Source: Candidatus Hodarchaeota archaeon (GTDB lineage Archaea; Asgardarchaeota; Heimdallarchaeia; Hodarchaeales; Hodarchaeaceae). From it: a DNA stretch of 64,000 bases. The DNA lies in NCBI GenBank assembly GCA_016840035.1, contig JAEOTC010000030.1:1-64000 (forward strand), in the 5' to 3' direction. Positions within the stretch are counted from its first letter, which is position 1, and every line of letters starts with the position of its first letter. This document shows, piece by piece, positions 1 through 9,668 of this stretch. Below the pieces are notes generated by a model that made no database searches, was not told where the DNA came from, and saw nothing but the letters and a program-made list of their open reading frames with translations. The position numbers were made by a program, and so were the translations under genes.

Positions 1-125
1 GAAAGTTAAGTCAGGCTCCGTTCTGATCTGTACTGTTGTGCTCGCGCCTACGGGAAAATCAGAAAGCTGAAGGTTCTTCGGCCAAAGGGCCTGAGTCACA
101 CCCGGTCTCATTCCGAACCCGGAAA
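1..125 (+). rRNA. rrf: 5S rRNA with halves in permuted order (3' half at 1-72, 5' half at 76-125)
   Basis: Conserved 5S motifs ACACCCGGTCTCATTCCGAACCCGGAA (98-124) and AAGTTAAG (3-10). Helix I 66-72/76-82, helix II 87-94/11-18 and helix V 21-27/58-64 all base-pair. Upstream flank is outside the window. Confidence 0.88.
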
Positions 126-386
126 CAGTATCCCCTGGTGAAATAAGCGCTTTGAGATTCAAACACTTTTTGCTCCTTTTTTTACTATTCTCCCTTCTTC
201 ATTGAATTGTTTACTTTTTCGATACCGATTCTGAATTTATCCTCGAAAAACAGCTCAAAACCCTTACTATTACTTCCAAAGGTGTGCTTAGTAATCAATC
301 CTAAAATTAATTAATTTCGCAGTAAATCGTATTTTGTTATTCACAAGTTAACAATTTGAAGCTTGCAATAATTTAGGGGCACATCG

Positions 387-1298
387 ATGGTTTTTTCAAA
401 TGTAGCAAAAAGTTTTTTTGATGAATTTCCCTTTCGTCATAGAAAGAAGCTTGCTATGTCATCAGATTACTTCTTTTTGTCTCATGCGCACAGTGATCAC
501 ACAGGTGGGATTAAATCAATACTTTCCTCCCCAGATGCAACAATTGTATGTTCAAAAGAAACAGCAGCTGCACTAAAGGTTCTTCACAGAATCCCTAAAG
601 AAAAATGTTTGATAATGGAGACAAATCAATCTTTAGACTTTGATAACTTCATAGTACACGCGATTGATGCGAATCATTGCTTAGGTAGTTTAATGTTCGT
701 TGTAGAATCATCTGAAAACGAGAAAGAGGTATATACAGGAGACTTTCGTTTAGGTGCGCCTATTTTAAACGAATTGGAGCTTTTAAGCAATCCAGATCAT
801 TTATGGGTTGATTACACATATGGTAAGAATCCAAAATACATTTTCCCCTCGAGGAAGGAGCTTATCTCTGAGATCTTATCCTTAATGCTAACCGAAGGGA
901 ATTATCCACAGAAGGAAATATGGATAGCTGCCTATCAAATAGGGAAGGAAAAATTATTGAAAACAATAAGTGACGCATTAAAAGTAAAAATATATGCTCC
1001 TGAAAAGAAAGTACAAATCTATAGTGAAATAGGAGGGGATTGGGATATCTTTACTAATGATCCTGATTCAGGGATCTGTGTTGAGAGTAGAAGACGAGTT
1101 GAAAATCTTTCTGGTCTTGATCAAAGAACTGAAGAGCGTTTAATGAACTCCCTACGAATTTCCCCTACAGGATGGGCAATCGAGTTGATTACAAAAAGAT
1201 TGGACGTGCATTATTTCCCATATTCTGACCATTGCTCATATAATGAAGTTCATGAGTTTATTGAACTTGTTAATCCGCAGGAAATCACAAAAATTTAA
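387..1298 (+). CDS. MBL/beta-CASP DNA nuclease, SNM1/Pso2/Apollo-like
   Basis: Motifs HAHSDH, DANHCLGS, YTGDFR, VDYTY, YQIGKEKL, PTGW, PYSDHCS. Confidence 0.82.
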   Translation: MVFSNVAKSFFDEFPFRHRKKLAMSSDYFFLSHAHSDHTGGIKSILSSPDATIVCSKETAAALKVLHRIPKEKCLIMETNQSLDFDNFIVHAIDANHCLGSLMFVVESSENEKEVYTGDFRLGAPILNELELLSNPDHLWVDYTYGKNPKYIFPSRKELISEILSLMLTEGNYPQKEIWIAAYQIGKEKLLKTISDALKVKIYAPEKKVQIYSEIGGDWDIFTNDPDSGICVESRRRVENLSGLDQRTEERLMNSLRISPTGWAIELITKRLDVHYFPYSDHCSYNEVHEFIELVNPQEITKI

Positions 1299-1370
1299 GA
1301 GAAAATCGTAGTCTAAATTATGATCTTATATTAGTTTTCTCCTTATGGCGTTAGATGAGCGGTAACAGAT

Positions 1371-3566
1371 TTGAATCAAATAAAACTTCGTGATATCAGG
1401 GGTATTGGGCCTTCCATTGAGAAGAGACTCGTTTCTCATTTTGGGAGCGAAAAACTAGTTCTTAATGCCTTAAGAGGATCTCGAATTGCTGAAATCTCTT
1501 CTATTGATGGAATAGGAGAGCGATTTGCACTTAGTTTATGCAGGAATTTACATTACCAGGAAACAGATGAACAAATACAAGATTTTCTGAGAACAGAGGA
1601 TACGATTCTAATTTATAACCGAATAATGGATATAATCTCGAAGTTCGGAAATACTTTCTATTCTCGCTCTAAGCTATTCTTGTACTTCCCATTACCCATT
1701 ACTGCACTAAACAAGATAAAAGAACGCCAAAAAACCACTCAACTCGGACAAGAGTTGTTCAGAACAATTGGAAATACTGTAGATTCGATTGATGAATTTG
1801 ATTCATTGTTAAAACAATTACTTCCACTAAAAGAGCACTCTGGATCAATCGATACAGCTTCACGGACTATTGCTACCACTGATAAAGGAATCTACAACGA
1901 GCTTCTCATGAGTATTGTCAGTCAGTATTGTGAAATTCAGTTCATTGAAGATTATGAAAAAATCAATGAAACCCTTGCTGGATCTGATGAGGTTATTTGG
2001 GTTGGAAGTGATTATATCATGGGTGATGAGCTTCCAAATATAATATCTATTCCAGAGTCACAAAGACATGATATGAATCGAATTCTCCCCGAAAAATCCT
2101 TGACATTTTTCGCTCAGAATAAAAATACCCTTGTAACTATAGCTAAACTCGCATCTTTACTCCGTAAAATTTCATCTGAGAAATTGACGAGTTTTATCGG
2201 GGATTTAGACTTAGGTATGTTAATTAACCTAGGAGAAGAGGTTAAGAATTTAGAAGAAACTGGGGAACCGAGTTCTAGTCTCAACTCAGAGTTTTCACGA
2301 GTTTTAACTGCAGAAAGATCGTTCGAAATGGTGTTAGAAGAAGTTCTACTCTCAGTGAATGAAGAATTAGAACAAAAACTTCAGGACACTACTATTCATT
2401 TAGAAGGTGAAAAAATCCTTGCTCTCCTAAAAGGTCTTTCTAATGAAGATCAGGGGTATTCTGCTAATTCCAGTCGTGAGGATTTACGTGAATATTTAGA
2501 TGATGAATTGTTTTTAGCTGTAGAAGAGATAATAAGTAATGCTGAAACTAAACTTGCCTCAAAACTTAATTTATCGAGCGAGGAAATCGATTATTTAACT
2601 GGAATCTTTCCCCGCGAGCTAAAGTTTCCTATTGATCCATTAGACGATATTAAGAATAGATTCACTGACTTCATTCGTAGGAAACGTTCTAGTAGAGCAT
2701 TTGAACTCAAAGTTGAGTTAGCTCAAAAACTTCAAGAATATGAACGCGTAGCTGTTGATGGTCTCCATTTTATGTTGGAATTAGATTATCTATTAATGAT
2801 CGGGAAGTTCGCTGGGAGTTATAATCTCTCTTTACCAACATTTGTTGAAGGTCAAGGAACTGGAGTATACTTTCGTAATGGTAAAAATCTTTTTTTAGCC
2901 CATCAAGAGCTGAGAGGTCAGTTGAGAGTCGAACCAGTCTCTTATGCTCTTGGTGAACTTGGGAGAGTTGAAGGTGGAGCTAGTGGAGAACGTATTGTAC
3001 TCTTATCAGGAGCGAATAGCGGTGGTAAAACAACCCTACTTGTAGCTATTGCTGTTATTGTTATTCTTAGCCAAATGGGATTACCAGTTCCATGTCAAGA
3101 CGCAAGAATTGGTGGTTTCAAGGAGTTACATTACTATCGGAAGTCTTCTGGGCATATGAACGCCGGAGCATTCGAATCCACACTTCGTATTCTCTCTAAA
3201 ATGATTATGAGTCCGAATTCACGACTAGTCCTTGCAGATGAGATGGAGAGCATTTCAGAACCTGGAGCCTCTGCAAGGGTAATAGCAGCATTTTTAGATT
3301 TACTGGGAAGATCGACTGATTCTGTTGGAATATTTGTAACCCATCTTGCCCAAGAGATAAGTAAATATACAAAAGAGAATCTACGAATTGACGGGATAGA
3401 AGCGAGGGGCCTTTCAGAAAATTTGGAGCTTATTGTTGACAGAACTCCCAAATATCACAAATATGCGAAGTCTACTCCTGAATTAATAGTACAACGATTA
3501 CAGCGTATCTCAAAAGGCTCTGAAAAAGATATCTATTCTTATATATTGGAGGCCTTTGATTCTTAA
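1371..3566 (+). CDS. Archaeal MutS-family ATPase with N-terminal helix-hairpin-helix
   Basis: HhH motifs (IRGIGP, IDGIGE); Walker A GANSGGKT; AGAFE; LVLADEMESISEPGA; FVTH. Confidence 0.85.
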   Translation: MNQIKLRDIRGIGPSIEKRLVSHFGSEKLVLNALRGSRIAEISSIDGIGERFALSLCRNLHYQETDEQIQDFLRTEDTILIYNRIMDIISKFGNTFYSRSKLFLYFPLPITALNKIKERQKTTQLGQELFRTIGNTVDSIDEFDSLLKQLLPLKEHSGSIDTASRTIATTDKGIYNELLMSIVSQYCEIQFIEDYEKINETLAGSDEVIWVGSDYIMGDELPNIISIPESQRHDMNRILPEKSLTFFAQNKNTLVTIAKLASLLRKISSEKLTSFIGDLDLGMLINLGEEVKNLEETGEPSSSLNSEFSRVLTAERSFEMVLEEVLLSVNEELEQKLQDTTIHLEGEKILALLKGLSNEDQGYSANSSREDLREYLDDELFLAVEEIISNAETKLASKLNLSSEEIDYLTGIFPRELKFPIDPLDDIKNRFTDFIRRKRSSRAFELKVELAQKLQEYERVAVDGLHFMLELDYLLMIGKFAGSYNLSLPTFVEGQGTGVYFRNGKNLFLAHQELRGQLRVEPVSYALGELGRVEGGASGERIVLLSGANSGGKTTLLVAIAVIVILSQMGLPVPCQDARIGGFKELHYYRKSSGHMNAGAFESTLRILSKMIMSPNSRLVLADEMESISEPGASARVIAAFLDLLGRSTDSVGIFVTHLAQEISKYTKENLRIDGIEARGLSENLELIVDRTPKYHKYAKSTPELIVQRLQRISKGSEKDIYSYILEAFDS

Positions 3567-3615
3567 TTGATAAATTAACATTGAAACAATTTTCCCATGA
3601 ATTGAGGTTCAAATT

Positions 3616-4365
3616 ATGATTATCCGGGAATTTCTCTGTATTCATGAATCAGGAACGGTTCTATTTCACAGGAAATATCAAACCGGAAACTCAACTGACA
3701 TTATTCTAAGATCAGGGCTGATCAGTGCTTTATACAATTACGCTACTGCCGTGGAAAATGATGCGATTGATATCTTGCAGATGTCCAAAGTGTCACTTTT
3801 CTTTAAAAAAAGGGAACAACCACTTCTATTTGTTTTTTTTATAGAATCGACAATTAATCCCCAATGGTGTGAGAAAGAAATCGATCATCTTCTAGAACGC
3901 TTTTTCAATAGATTTCCTGAAGTGATGTGGCAGAGGGAAGTTGTTGATCTCTCAAAATTTGACTCATTTATTTCCGATGCTGATGAAATCTTGATCCCAT
4001 TGGGGAAAAAAATTGCATTGCTTCTCTTTTTAATTGAGGATGGACTGATTACTGAAGAAGAATACCTGCAAGAGAGTCTTGATATGCTAGGACGAAAGAT
4101 TGGAAATAGATTTTTAGAAAAAAATCTTGATTCTTTCAAACAAGCTTTATCTAAAGGCCAAAATTTTGTTTTAGCACGAATCGATCAATTGATCATGCAG
4201 CTAGATGGTGAACATGTCAAAAGGGAAGATTTAATGTATTTTATTTATTGTAGGGAGTGTTACTTTTGTCGAATTGAAAGGAGTGGATGTTTTTTTGAAG
4301 AATTTCTCTCCTTCCTTCTCTCATCCCTTGGGTTTGATAACGTCGAAATAAGATTAATCGAATAA
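3616..4365 (+). CDS. Longin-like N-terminal domain fused to V4R/Bet3-like Cys-rich C-terminal domain
   Basis: N-term FLCIHESGTVLFHRKY...LRSGLISALYNYA fits a longin pattern; C-term LGRKIGNRFLE and CRECYFC-x6-C. Confidence 0.6.
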   Translation: MIIREFLCIHESGTVLFHRKYQTGNSTDIILRSGLISALYNYATAVENDAIDILQMSKVSLFFKKREQPLLFVFFIESTINPQWCEKEIDHLLERFFNRFPEVMWQREVVDLSKFDSFISDADEILIPLGKKIALLLFLIEDGLITEEEYLQESLDMLGRKIGNRFLEKNLDSFKQALSKGQNFVLARIDQLIMQLDGEHVKREDLMYFIYCRECYFCRIERSGCFFEEFLSFLLSSLGFDNVEIRLIE

Positions 4366-4366
4366 T

Positions 4367-5452
4367 TCAATGTTTTTTTGCTAAATTTCGCAACAAATTT
4401 ACTCTAAAACCTAAAAACGAGGATTGGTCGTAAACGAGAGGAGATGGAATTAATTGTGGGAGCTTTCGAAGTATTTTTGCAACTTCTGTTGCACCAACTC
4501 CTCTCGCAGAATATTCATCTGCCCAAATTTCAGCAAGAAAGATCCGATATCTGTGAACGAAATTTAAAAATGCTGATGAGAGGAATGCATTGAAGATCAA
4601 TCCGAGGAAGAGAATGGAATAAAGATCAAATTTAAGTGTCTCTAGGTGGCCTGAGATTACCAAAAGCATGATAATTATGATAAAAATACGTAGTGATCTT
4701 AAAATCACTTCTGTACCGATTATAAGATAGGCTTTCCTAATGTGATGGTTCTTAATATGGCCTACTTCATGTAATAGGACAGCTATTAACTCCTCATCAG
4801 TTAATTTCCAGTTAAAATATCTGGAAACTAAACATATATAATTATTTTTACCAAATGTTGTTACTCCTGCGGATAGGAATAGTGTTGGTATTTGGATATC
4901 AGCAAATCGATATTCGCTTATTGTTCTACTTTCTGGAAAATTTTCATAAAGTTCTTGAATAATAGTATCCTTAACAGGTTCTTGAGCTGTCTGAATTAGG
5001 GCTATTTTTCTTCGCATCCGAATGACAACCAAAATTCCTTCAAATAGAAGGGAAATAACAATAGAAACTCCAAGATAACCTGTCAGGGTGGTTGTTGGAA
5101 GATTGGTCAGAAAATTCTGAACAAAAGTAAACAGAAATCCTAGAAAAACAACGTAATATACCTGTTTAATCAAATGAATAAGTAAATCGGCTAAAGAAGG
5201 AGTGAAATGGTAGAAATCAACTTTTTTGGCATATTCATTGAGCTTACGAAAGACTATTTGATATAAAAATAGATTTATAATCAAGAATATTATCATAATG
5301 GCGTTTAATCCAATAAGCTGTGAAGTTTTATCATTAAAAGTGAAGAGAAAGAGTACTAATGTTGTACAAAAAGCTAGCGGGTAAATTATAACATAAAAAC
5401 TTATAAGTATCCAATCTGAGATTGGAACTCTTAATTTTTCTTGGTTTTCCAT
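4367..5452 (-). CDS. M48 (HtpX/Ste24-like) membrane zinc metalloprotease
   Basis: Multiple TM segments; ELIAVLLHEVGH and downstream EIWAD. Confidence 0.85.
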   Translation of the reverse strand: MENQEKLRVPISDWILISFYVIIYPLAFCTTLVLFLFTFNDKTSQLIGLNAIMIIFLIINLFLYQIVFRKLNEYAKKVDFYHFTPSLADLLIHLIKQVYYVVFLGFLFTFVQNFLTNLPTTTLTGYLGVSIVISLLFEGILVVIRMRRKIALIQTAQEPVKDTIIQELYENFPESRTISEYRFADIQIPTLFLSAGVTTFGKNNYICLVSRYFNWKLTDEELIAVLLHEVGHIKNHHIRKAYLIIGTEVILRSLRIFIIIIMLLVISGHLETLKFDLYSILFLGLIFNAFLSSAFLNFVHRYRIFLAEIWADEYSARGVGATEVAKILRKLPQLIPSPLVYDQSSFLGFRVNLLRNLAKKH

Positions 5453-5592
5453 CTAAGTTTTTAACTGCGAACTAAATAATAAGAATTTGTCTACTTTTAT
5501 CAAAAATCTAAAGAACGCGAAGAATAACCTAGTAGAGGATTAATTTATTTGTCCTCTTAATAATTTTAAGAATGTTGAGAGAATAGGAGTAG

Positions 5593-5666
5593 TGGGCCGG
5601 GGCAGATTTGAACTACCGACTTCTAGTGTGTGAGACTAGTGTCATACCGGGCTAGACCACCGGCCC
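5593..5666 (-). tRNA. tRNA-Val(CAC)
   Basis: Acceptor GGGCCGG/CCGGCCC; anticodon arm CTAGT-CTCACAC-ACTAG; T-loop GTTCAAATC. Confidence 0.95.
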
Positions 5667-5806
5667 GACATTTTCAAAACACGAAGACATACTATTTAGT
5701 GTGTAGTACTTTTTTGCAGCGTTATATGGATCGCAACAATCTATAGAGAGTTGGCTGTATCTCTTTCAAAAGAATTCTTGCATCAGTCAAACAATTTTTA
5801 TTTGTC

Positions 5807-6520
5807 CTAGGATTTTTCACTTCGAACCTTTAATATGAGACTCTTGTCTCCGGTTCCTATAATACGAACAGGGTCTCCTTCATTAATTATTGAGTCACTG
5901 GTTGCTCTCCAAATTGTTGTGCCGATTTTAACCTTACCATCATTCGTAGGTGAGATATCAGTAGTTGCTATACCACTTTCTCCTAAAATTGTTGATAATT
6001 CACCAGTTACTGGTGGTTTTTGTTGAGATTTCCTTACATTTATCCATAATACTAGGATAGCAATTCCAAGTAACCCCATACTATATACAATACCTCTAAA
6101 TGCATCTTCCCAGACGATCTGACCAAACACTAAACCAAGTAGGCTTAAACCGATAATAACAGGTAAAAATTGCATAATAAAGGTTAGATCTCCCCCTTGA
6201 AAGAGTATAAAAAAGAGTATAATTGCTAAAATGATACCTACTGTTGGCCAGGTGAGAATCTGTGTTGAACTAGATTGAGATACGAAATCACTACTTAAAG
6301 ATATGATTATAGTAAATATCAGGATAATAGGCAACCAATTTAATAATTCTATTCCCCCTCCGCTGACAATCCACTGTGCAATAATTAATACAAACCCCAT
6401 TGCGAATATTAGGAATCCAATATTATAGAGTTCTGGAATATCAAACAGAGATCCCAAGAAGAGAATTATAATACCCAAGACAATTGCAGATATCGAAATC
6501 TCCTGTAACTCTGAAATCAT
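5807..6520 (-). CDS. NfeD-family membrane protein (TM helices + C-terminal OB domain)
   Basis: Hydrophobic N-terminal region; C-term GKVKIGTTIWRATS...GDPVRII. Confidence 0.8.
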   Translation of the reverse strand: MISELQEISISAIVLGIIILFLGSLFDIPELYNIGFLIFAMGFVLIIAQWIVSGGGIELLNWLPIILIFTIIISLSSDFVSQSSSTQILTWPTVGIILAIILFFILFQGGDLTFIMQFLPVIIGLSLLGLVFGQIVWEDAFRGIVYSMGLLGIAILVLWINVRKSQQKPPVTGELSTILGESGIATTDISPTNDGKVKIGTTIWRATSDSIINEGDPVRIIGTGDKSLILKVRSEKS

Positions 6521-6700
6521 TGTTTTTCATAAAATGAGATCCATTTTTTATCTTAAAGTGTTTTACCTCTCGGAAGAGTTCTTTTAGCATTTTTCAACCA
6601 GTGCATAAATAATCAGTTTGAAAATAATGAAAAGATTAGATGACTGTAAGGTAATAAACAGGATATCTTGTAACAACGAATTAATTATAATTGATGAAAA

Positions 6701-8074
6701 ATGTTAGAAATTAGTGTACTCGGTGCTTCTGACTCGGTTGGGAAATCTTGTGTCATGATATCCGATAATGATCAACGACGAGTGGTACTTGATGTAGGTA
6801 TCCAATTACATCCCCGAAGAACAGGTAAGGTTTCTACACCCCCTAATATTGATAAATATGCAGAGGATACTGAGGCCGTTCTTATCTCTCATGCTCATAT
6901 CGACCATTCTGGATATACACCAGCTCTTTATAGAGCTGGATATCATGGAGATATCCATATGACAACTCCAACTAAGGATATTGTTAACATTTTATGGAAA
7001 GATCATTTAAAGATAGAAGGTCCTCATCATTACGGGGTTTCTCACCTTCAGACCGCTTTGATGAAAGTTAAAACTCACAACTACTACAGAAAATTCAAAA
7101 TTGCGGATGGGATAACGGCTGAATTCTTGGATGCAAGTCATATTCTTGGGAGTGCATTAATTCTGCTTGAATGGGATGGTACACGAATACTGTATACAGG
7201 AGATTTTAACAATGCAAAGACACCCTATCATGATCCTATTCAATATCCAGACCCAGATGATCCAATTGATATCTTGATTACAGAAACAACAAATGCCAAT
7301 AGGCGTATTGAAGGTCGTAAAACGGTCACATCCAATCTAACGAAATCCTTGTTGAAATGTTACTCTCGGGGAGGAAAAGCAATAATCCCTTCATTTGCCC
7401 TTGGACGTTCTCAAGAGATTCAAGCATATCTGGCAAGTGATTTTGATTCGTTCTTGAATAAGTTCCCCCTTTATGTTGATGGTATGATTTTGGATATGAA
7501 TGCTATCTATGAACGTTATATGAACGAGAAGTGGGTCTCTCCTCGAATTTTAATTGAGCTGAAAGATAATGGATATCGAACACCATTCGACCATGATGGG
7601 ATTCGAGTCATAGACGATGTTGCAATGAAAATGAAACGATTTAAGAAGCGAGAGCTCTTGATTGGTCGTGAGAAGCAAAGCATCATATTGACCACATCAG
7701 GAATGATGGAAGGAGGCCCTGTTTATGATTATCTTAGAATGGGGGGGAACGATAAGAGAAATGGTCTCTATATCGTTGGTTATCAAGTCGAAGGTACGAT
7801 GGGATCAGATATTGCCAATGGCCAGAAAAAAGTTGCCTTGGATAATGGATTTGGACAGGTATTTGATGTATCCTTAGACTTAGAAGTTAAAAGTTTTGAA
7901 TTTTCGGGGCATTCAACCCTTGAGGGTCTTGTTCAGATGGTCCAATATAGCTCTCCTAGAAAGATATACGCAATTCATGGAGAACCAAGCGCGCAAGAAC
8001 GATATGCTACTGAAGTAAAAAATCTTGGGTTTGATGTTAAGACACTAACAAGTCATGATGTCGTACATACGTAA
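6701..8074 (+). CDS. MBL/beta-CASP ribonuclease (CPSF73/aCPSF-type, no KH domains)
   Basis: SHAHIDH, ASHILGS, YTGDF, PSFALGRSQE, TSGMMEGG, GYQ, FSGH, IHGE. Confidence 0.9.
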   Translation: MLEISVLGASDSVGKSCVMISDNDQRRVVLDVGIQLHPRRTGKVSTPPNIDKYAEDTEAVLISHAHIDHSGYTPALYRAGYHGDIHMTTPTKDIVNILWKDHLKIEGPHHYGVSHLQTALMKVKTHNYYRKFKIADGITAEFLDASHILGSALILLEWDGTRILYTGDFNNAKTPYHDPIQYPDPDDPIDILITETTNANRRIEGRKTVTSNLTKSLLKCYSRGGKAIIPSFALGRSQEIQAYLASDFDSFLNKFPLYVDGMILDMNAIYERYMNEKWVSPRILIELKDNGYRTPFDHDGIRVIDDVAMKMKRFKKRELLIGREKQSIILTTSGMMEGGPVYDYLRMGGNDKRNGLYIVGYQVEGTMGSDIANGQKKVALDNGFGQVFDVSLDLEVKSFEFSGHSTLEGLVQMVQYSSPRKIYAIHGEPSAQERYATEVKNLGFDVKTLTSHDVVHT

Positions 8075-8108
8075 TCCATTAATAGTTTATCAACGGATAT
8101 CATGAAAT

Positions 8109-8543
8109 ATGAGATCAGATCTCAAATTGAAACTAGTAAATTCAGTATACGATGAAATATTAAACTTATTAAAAGTTGAAAGCAGATTTGAACGAGTAGG
8201 AATTTTATTTGGAGCATCAACGGGAGGAAGAATTCGGATTGAATCTTTTGTTGAGATGGAAAATTTGGATTCCTCAGCACGTAGTTTTTCAATTGATTAT
8301 GGAAAACTAGTAAAAGAAATTAACAGATTTCAAGAAAAAAATAAGAAACTTGTAGGTTTTTTTCATTCACATCCTTTAGGAGAGTCTACCTATCCTTCAG
8401 AGATTGATATAAACTATATGAAATTTTGGCCTTCTCCCTATGTTTGGCTTATTGGAGCATCGCCAAATAAACTTGATGCTTATACCATTGTAGATGATAG
8501 AGTAAACCATTTGAAGGTTGAGATTAAGACCAACGAATGTTAG
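8109..8543 (+). CDS. JAMM/MPN+ (Mov34) metalloprotease
   Basis: E..GILFG and HSHP-x6-PS-x2-D JAMM motif. Confidence 0.85.
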   Translation: MRSDLKLKLVNSVYDEILNLLKVESRFERVGILFGASTGGRIRIESFVEMENLDSSARSFSIDYGKLVKEINRFQEKNKKLVGFFHSHPLGESTYPSEIDINYMKFWPSPYVWLIGASPNKLDAYTIVDDRVNHLKVEIKTNEC

Positions 8544-8544
8544 A

Positions 8545-9564
8545 TTAAGTATTCCGCAGAATAATTGGAATTTTAGTTCCACAAGAGGAACAATTATTAC
8601 CGTTTAACCCTAATGCTGTTGTAAAAAATCTTTCCCTTTTGATGACAAGATTTCCACAATTATGGCAGTATGTGTGATTTCCTTTATGTCCTGAAACATT
8701 TCCAATGTATACATATCTTAATCCAACTTCGGTTGCTATTTTCATTGCATTTTCTAATGTTTTTACAGGAGTGTATGGTAGGTGATCTAGTTTATAGTCA
8801 GGTCGAAACGCAGAGAAGTGAAGAGGGACTAATGGGCTGAGTTTATCACGAATCCATTCACACATCTCCCGAATCATTGGTTCTGAGTCATTTTTTGTCG
8901 GAATTATAAGGTTAGTTAGTTCCAAATGGACTCCCTTTGTATAGAAAATCTCACAAGTGCGTAAAATTGGTTTCCAAGAGGGTGATGCACAAATTTCCTT
9001 ATAGAATTCAGAAGAAAATCCCTTGATATCAATATTAGCTGCATCAATGTATGGAGTAAGCGATTCAGCTAATCTTCTAGTAATATAACCGTTATCTACT
9101 ACTGCCATTTTAATATTATGCTCACGAGCTAGCTTAGCAATATCTCGAACAAACTCAAAGGCAATCATTGGCTCATTGTATGTGGAGGCTATTAATTTCA
9201 TGTTCCTTGTTAGACATTCTTGAACTATTTCAGCTGGAGTTACTTTCCTTAGCCTTGATATGTCACTGTTTGCTTTCTGCATCGAGATATGATGATTCTG
9301 ACAATGTAAACATCCCAAGTTACACCCGTATGATCCAAAAGAAAGTATTTTCTTCCCAGGATAGAAATGATAAAGCGGTTTTTTTTCAATTGGATCCTCG
9401 GCTAGTCGACCATGGATTAGGCCATAAGTTCTAGGTTCAATTTTAGTCCCCCTACGTACTCGTGCTCCACACCAACCGACTTCATTTTCAGTAAGTTGAC
9501 ATAAGCGCGGACAAGCTGTGCATTGAAGCGCTCCTGATTTTAATTCCCGATGGAAATCCCACAA
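8545..9564 (-). CDS. amrS: AmmeMemoRadiSam system radical SAM enzyme
   Basis: N-term CxxCPxxC, DPIEKKPLYHF, CNLGCLHCQN, C-term Zn knuckles. Confidence 0.9.
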   Translation of the reverse strand: MWDFHRELKSGALQCTACPRLCQLTENEVGWCGARVRRGTKIEPRTYGLIHGRLAEDPIEKKPLYHFYPGKKILSFGSYGCNLGCLHCQNHHISMQKANSDISRLRKVTPAEIVQECLTRNMKLIASTYNEPMIAFEFVRDIAKLAREHNIKMAVVDNGYITRRLAESLTPYIDAANIDIKGFSSEFYKEICASPSWKPILRTCEIFYTKGVHLELTNLIIPTKNDSEPMIREMCEWIRDKLSPLVPLHFSAFRPDYKLDHLPYTPVKTLENAMKIATEVGLRYVYIGNVSGHKGNHTYCHNCGNLVIKRERFFTTALGLNGNNCSSCGTKIPIILRNT

Positions 9565-9668
9565 TTTACGGTCAAAACTCCGATCTTATTTGTGAATGAA
9601 AGATGTGAGCTCTGATTTTATTTGAGGAGATAATTGAATAAAAATTTACCGAAATTTCTTGATTTTGA

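Noticed and set aside
1-160. SRP (7S) RNA or tRNA interpretation of the GC-richer start of the window
   Set aside because: Motifs and pairings match 5S rRNA helices I, II and V; no SRP helix 8 or cloverleaf is present.
8109-8543. JAMM protein as part of a CBASS or ubiquitin-like defence system
   Set aside because: No cyclase, E1/E2 or Ubl gene is adjacent; neighbours are housekeeping genes.
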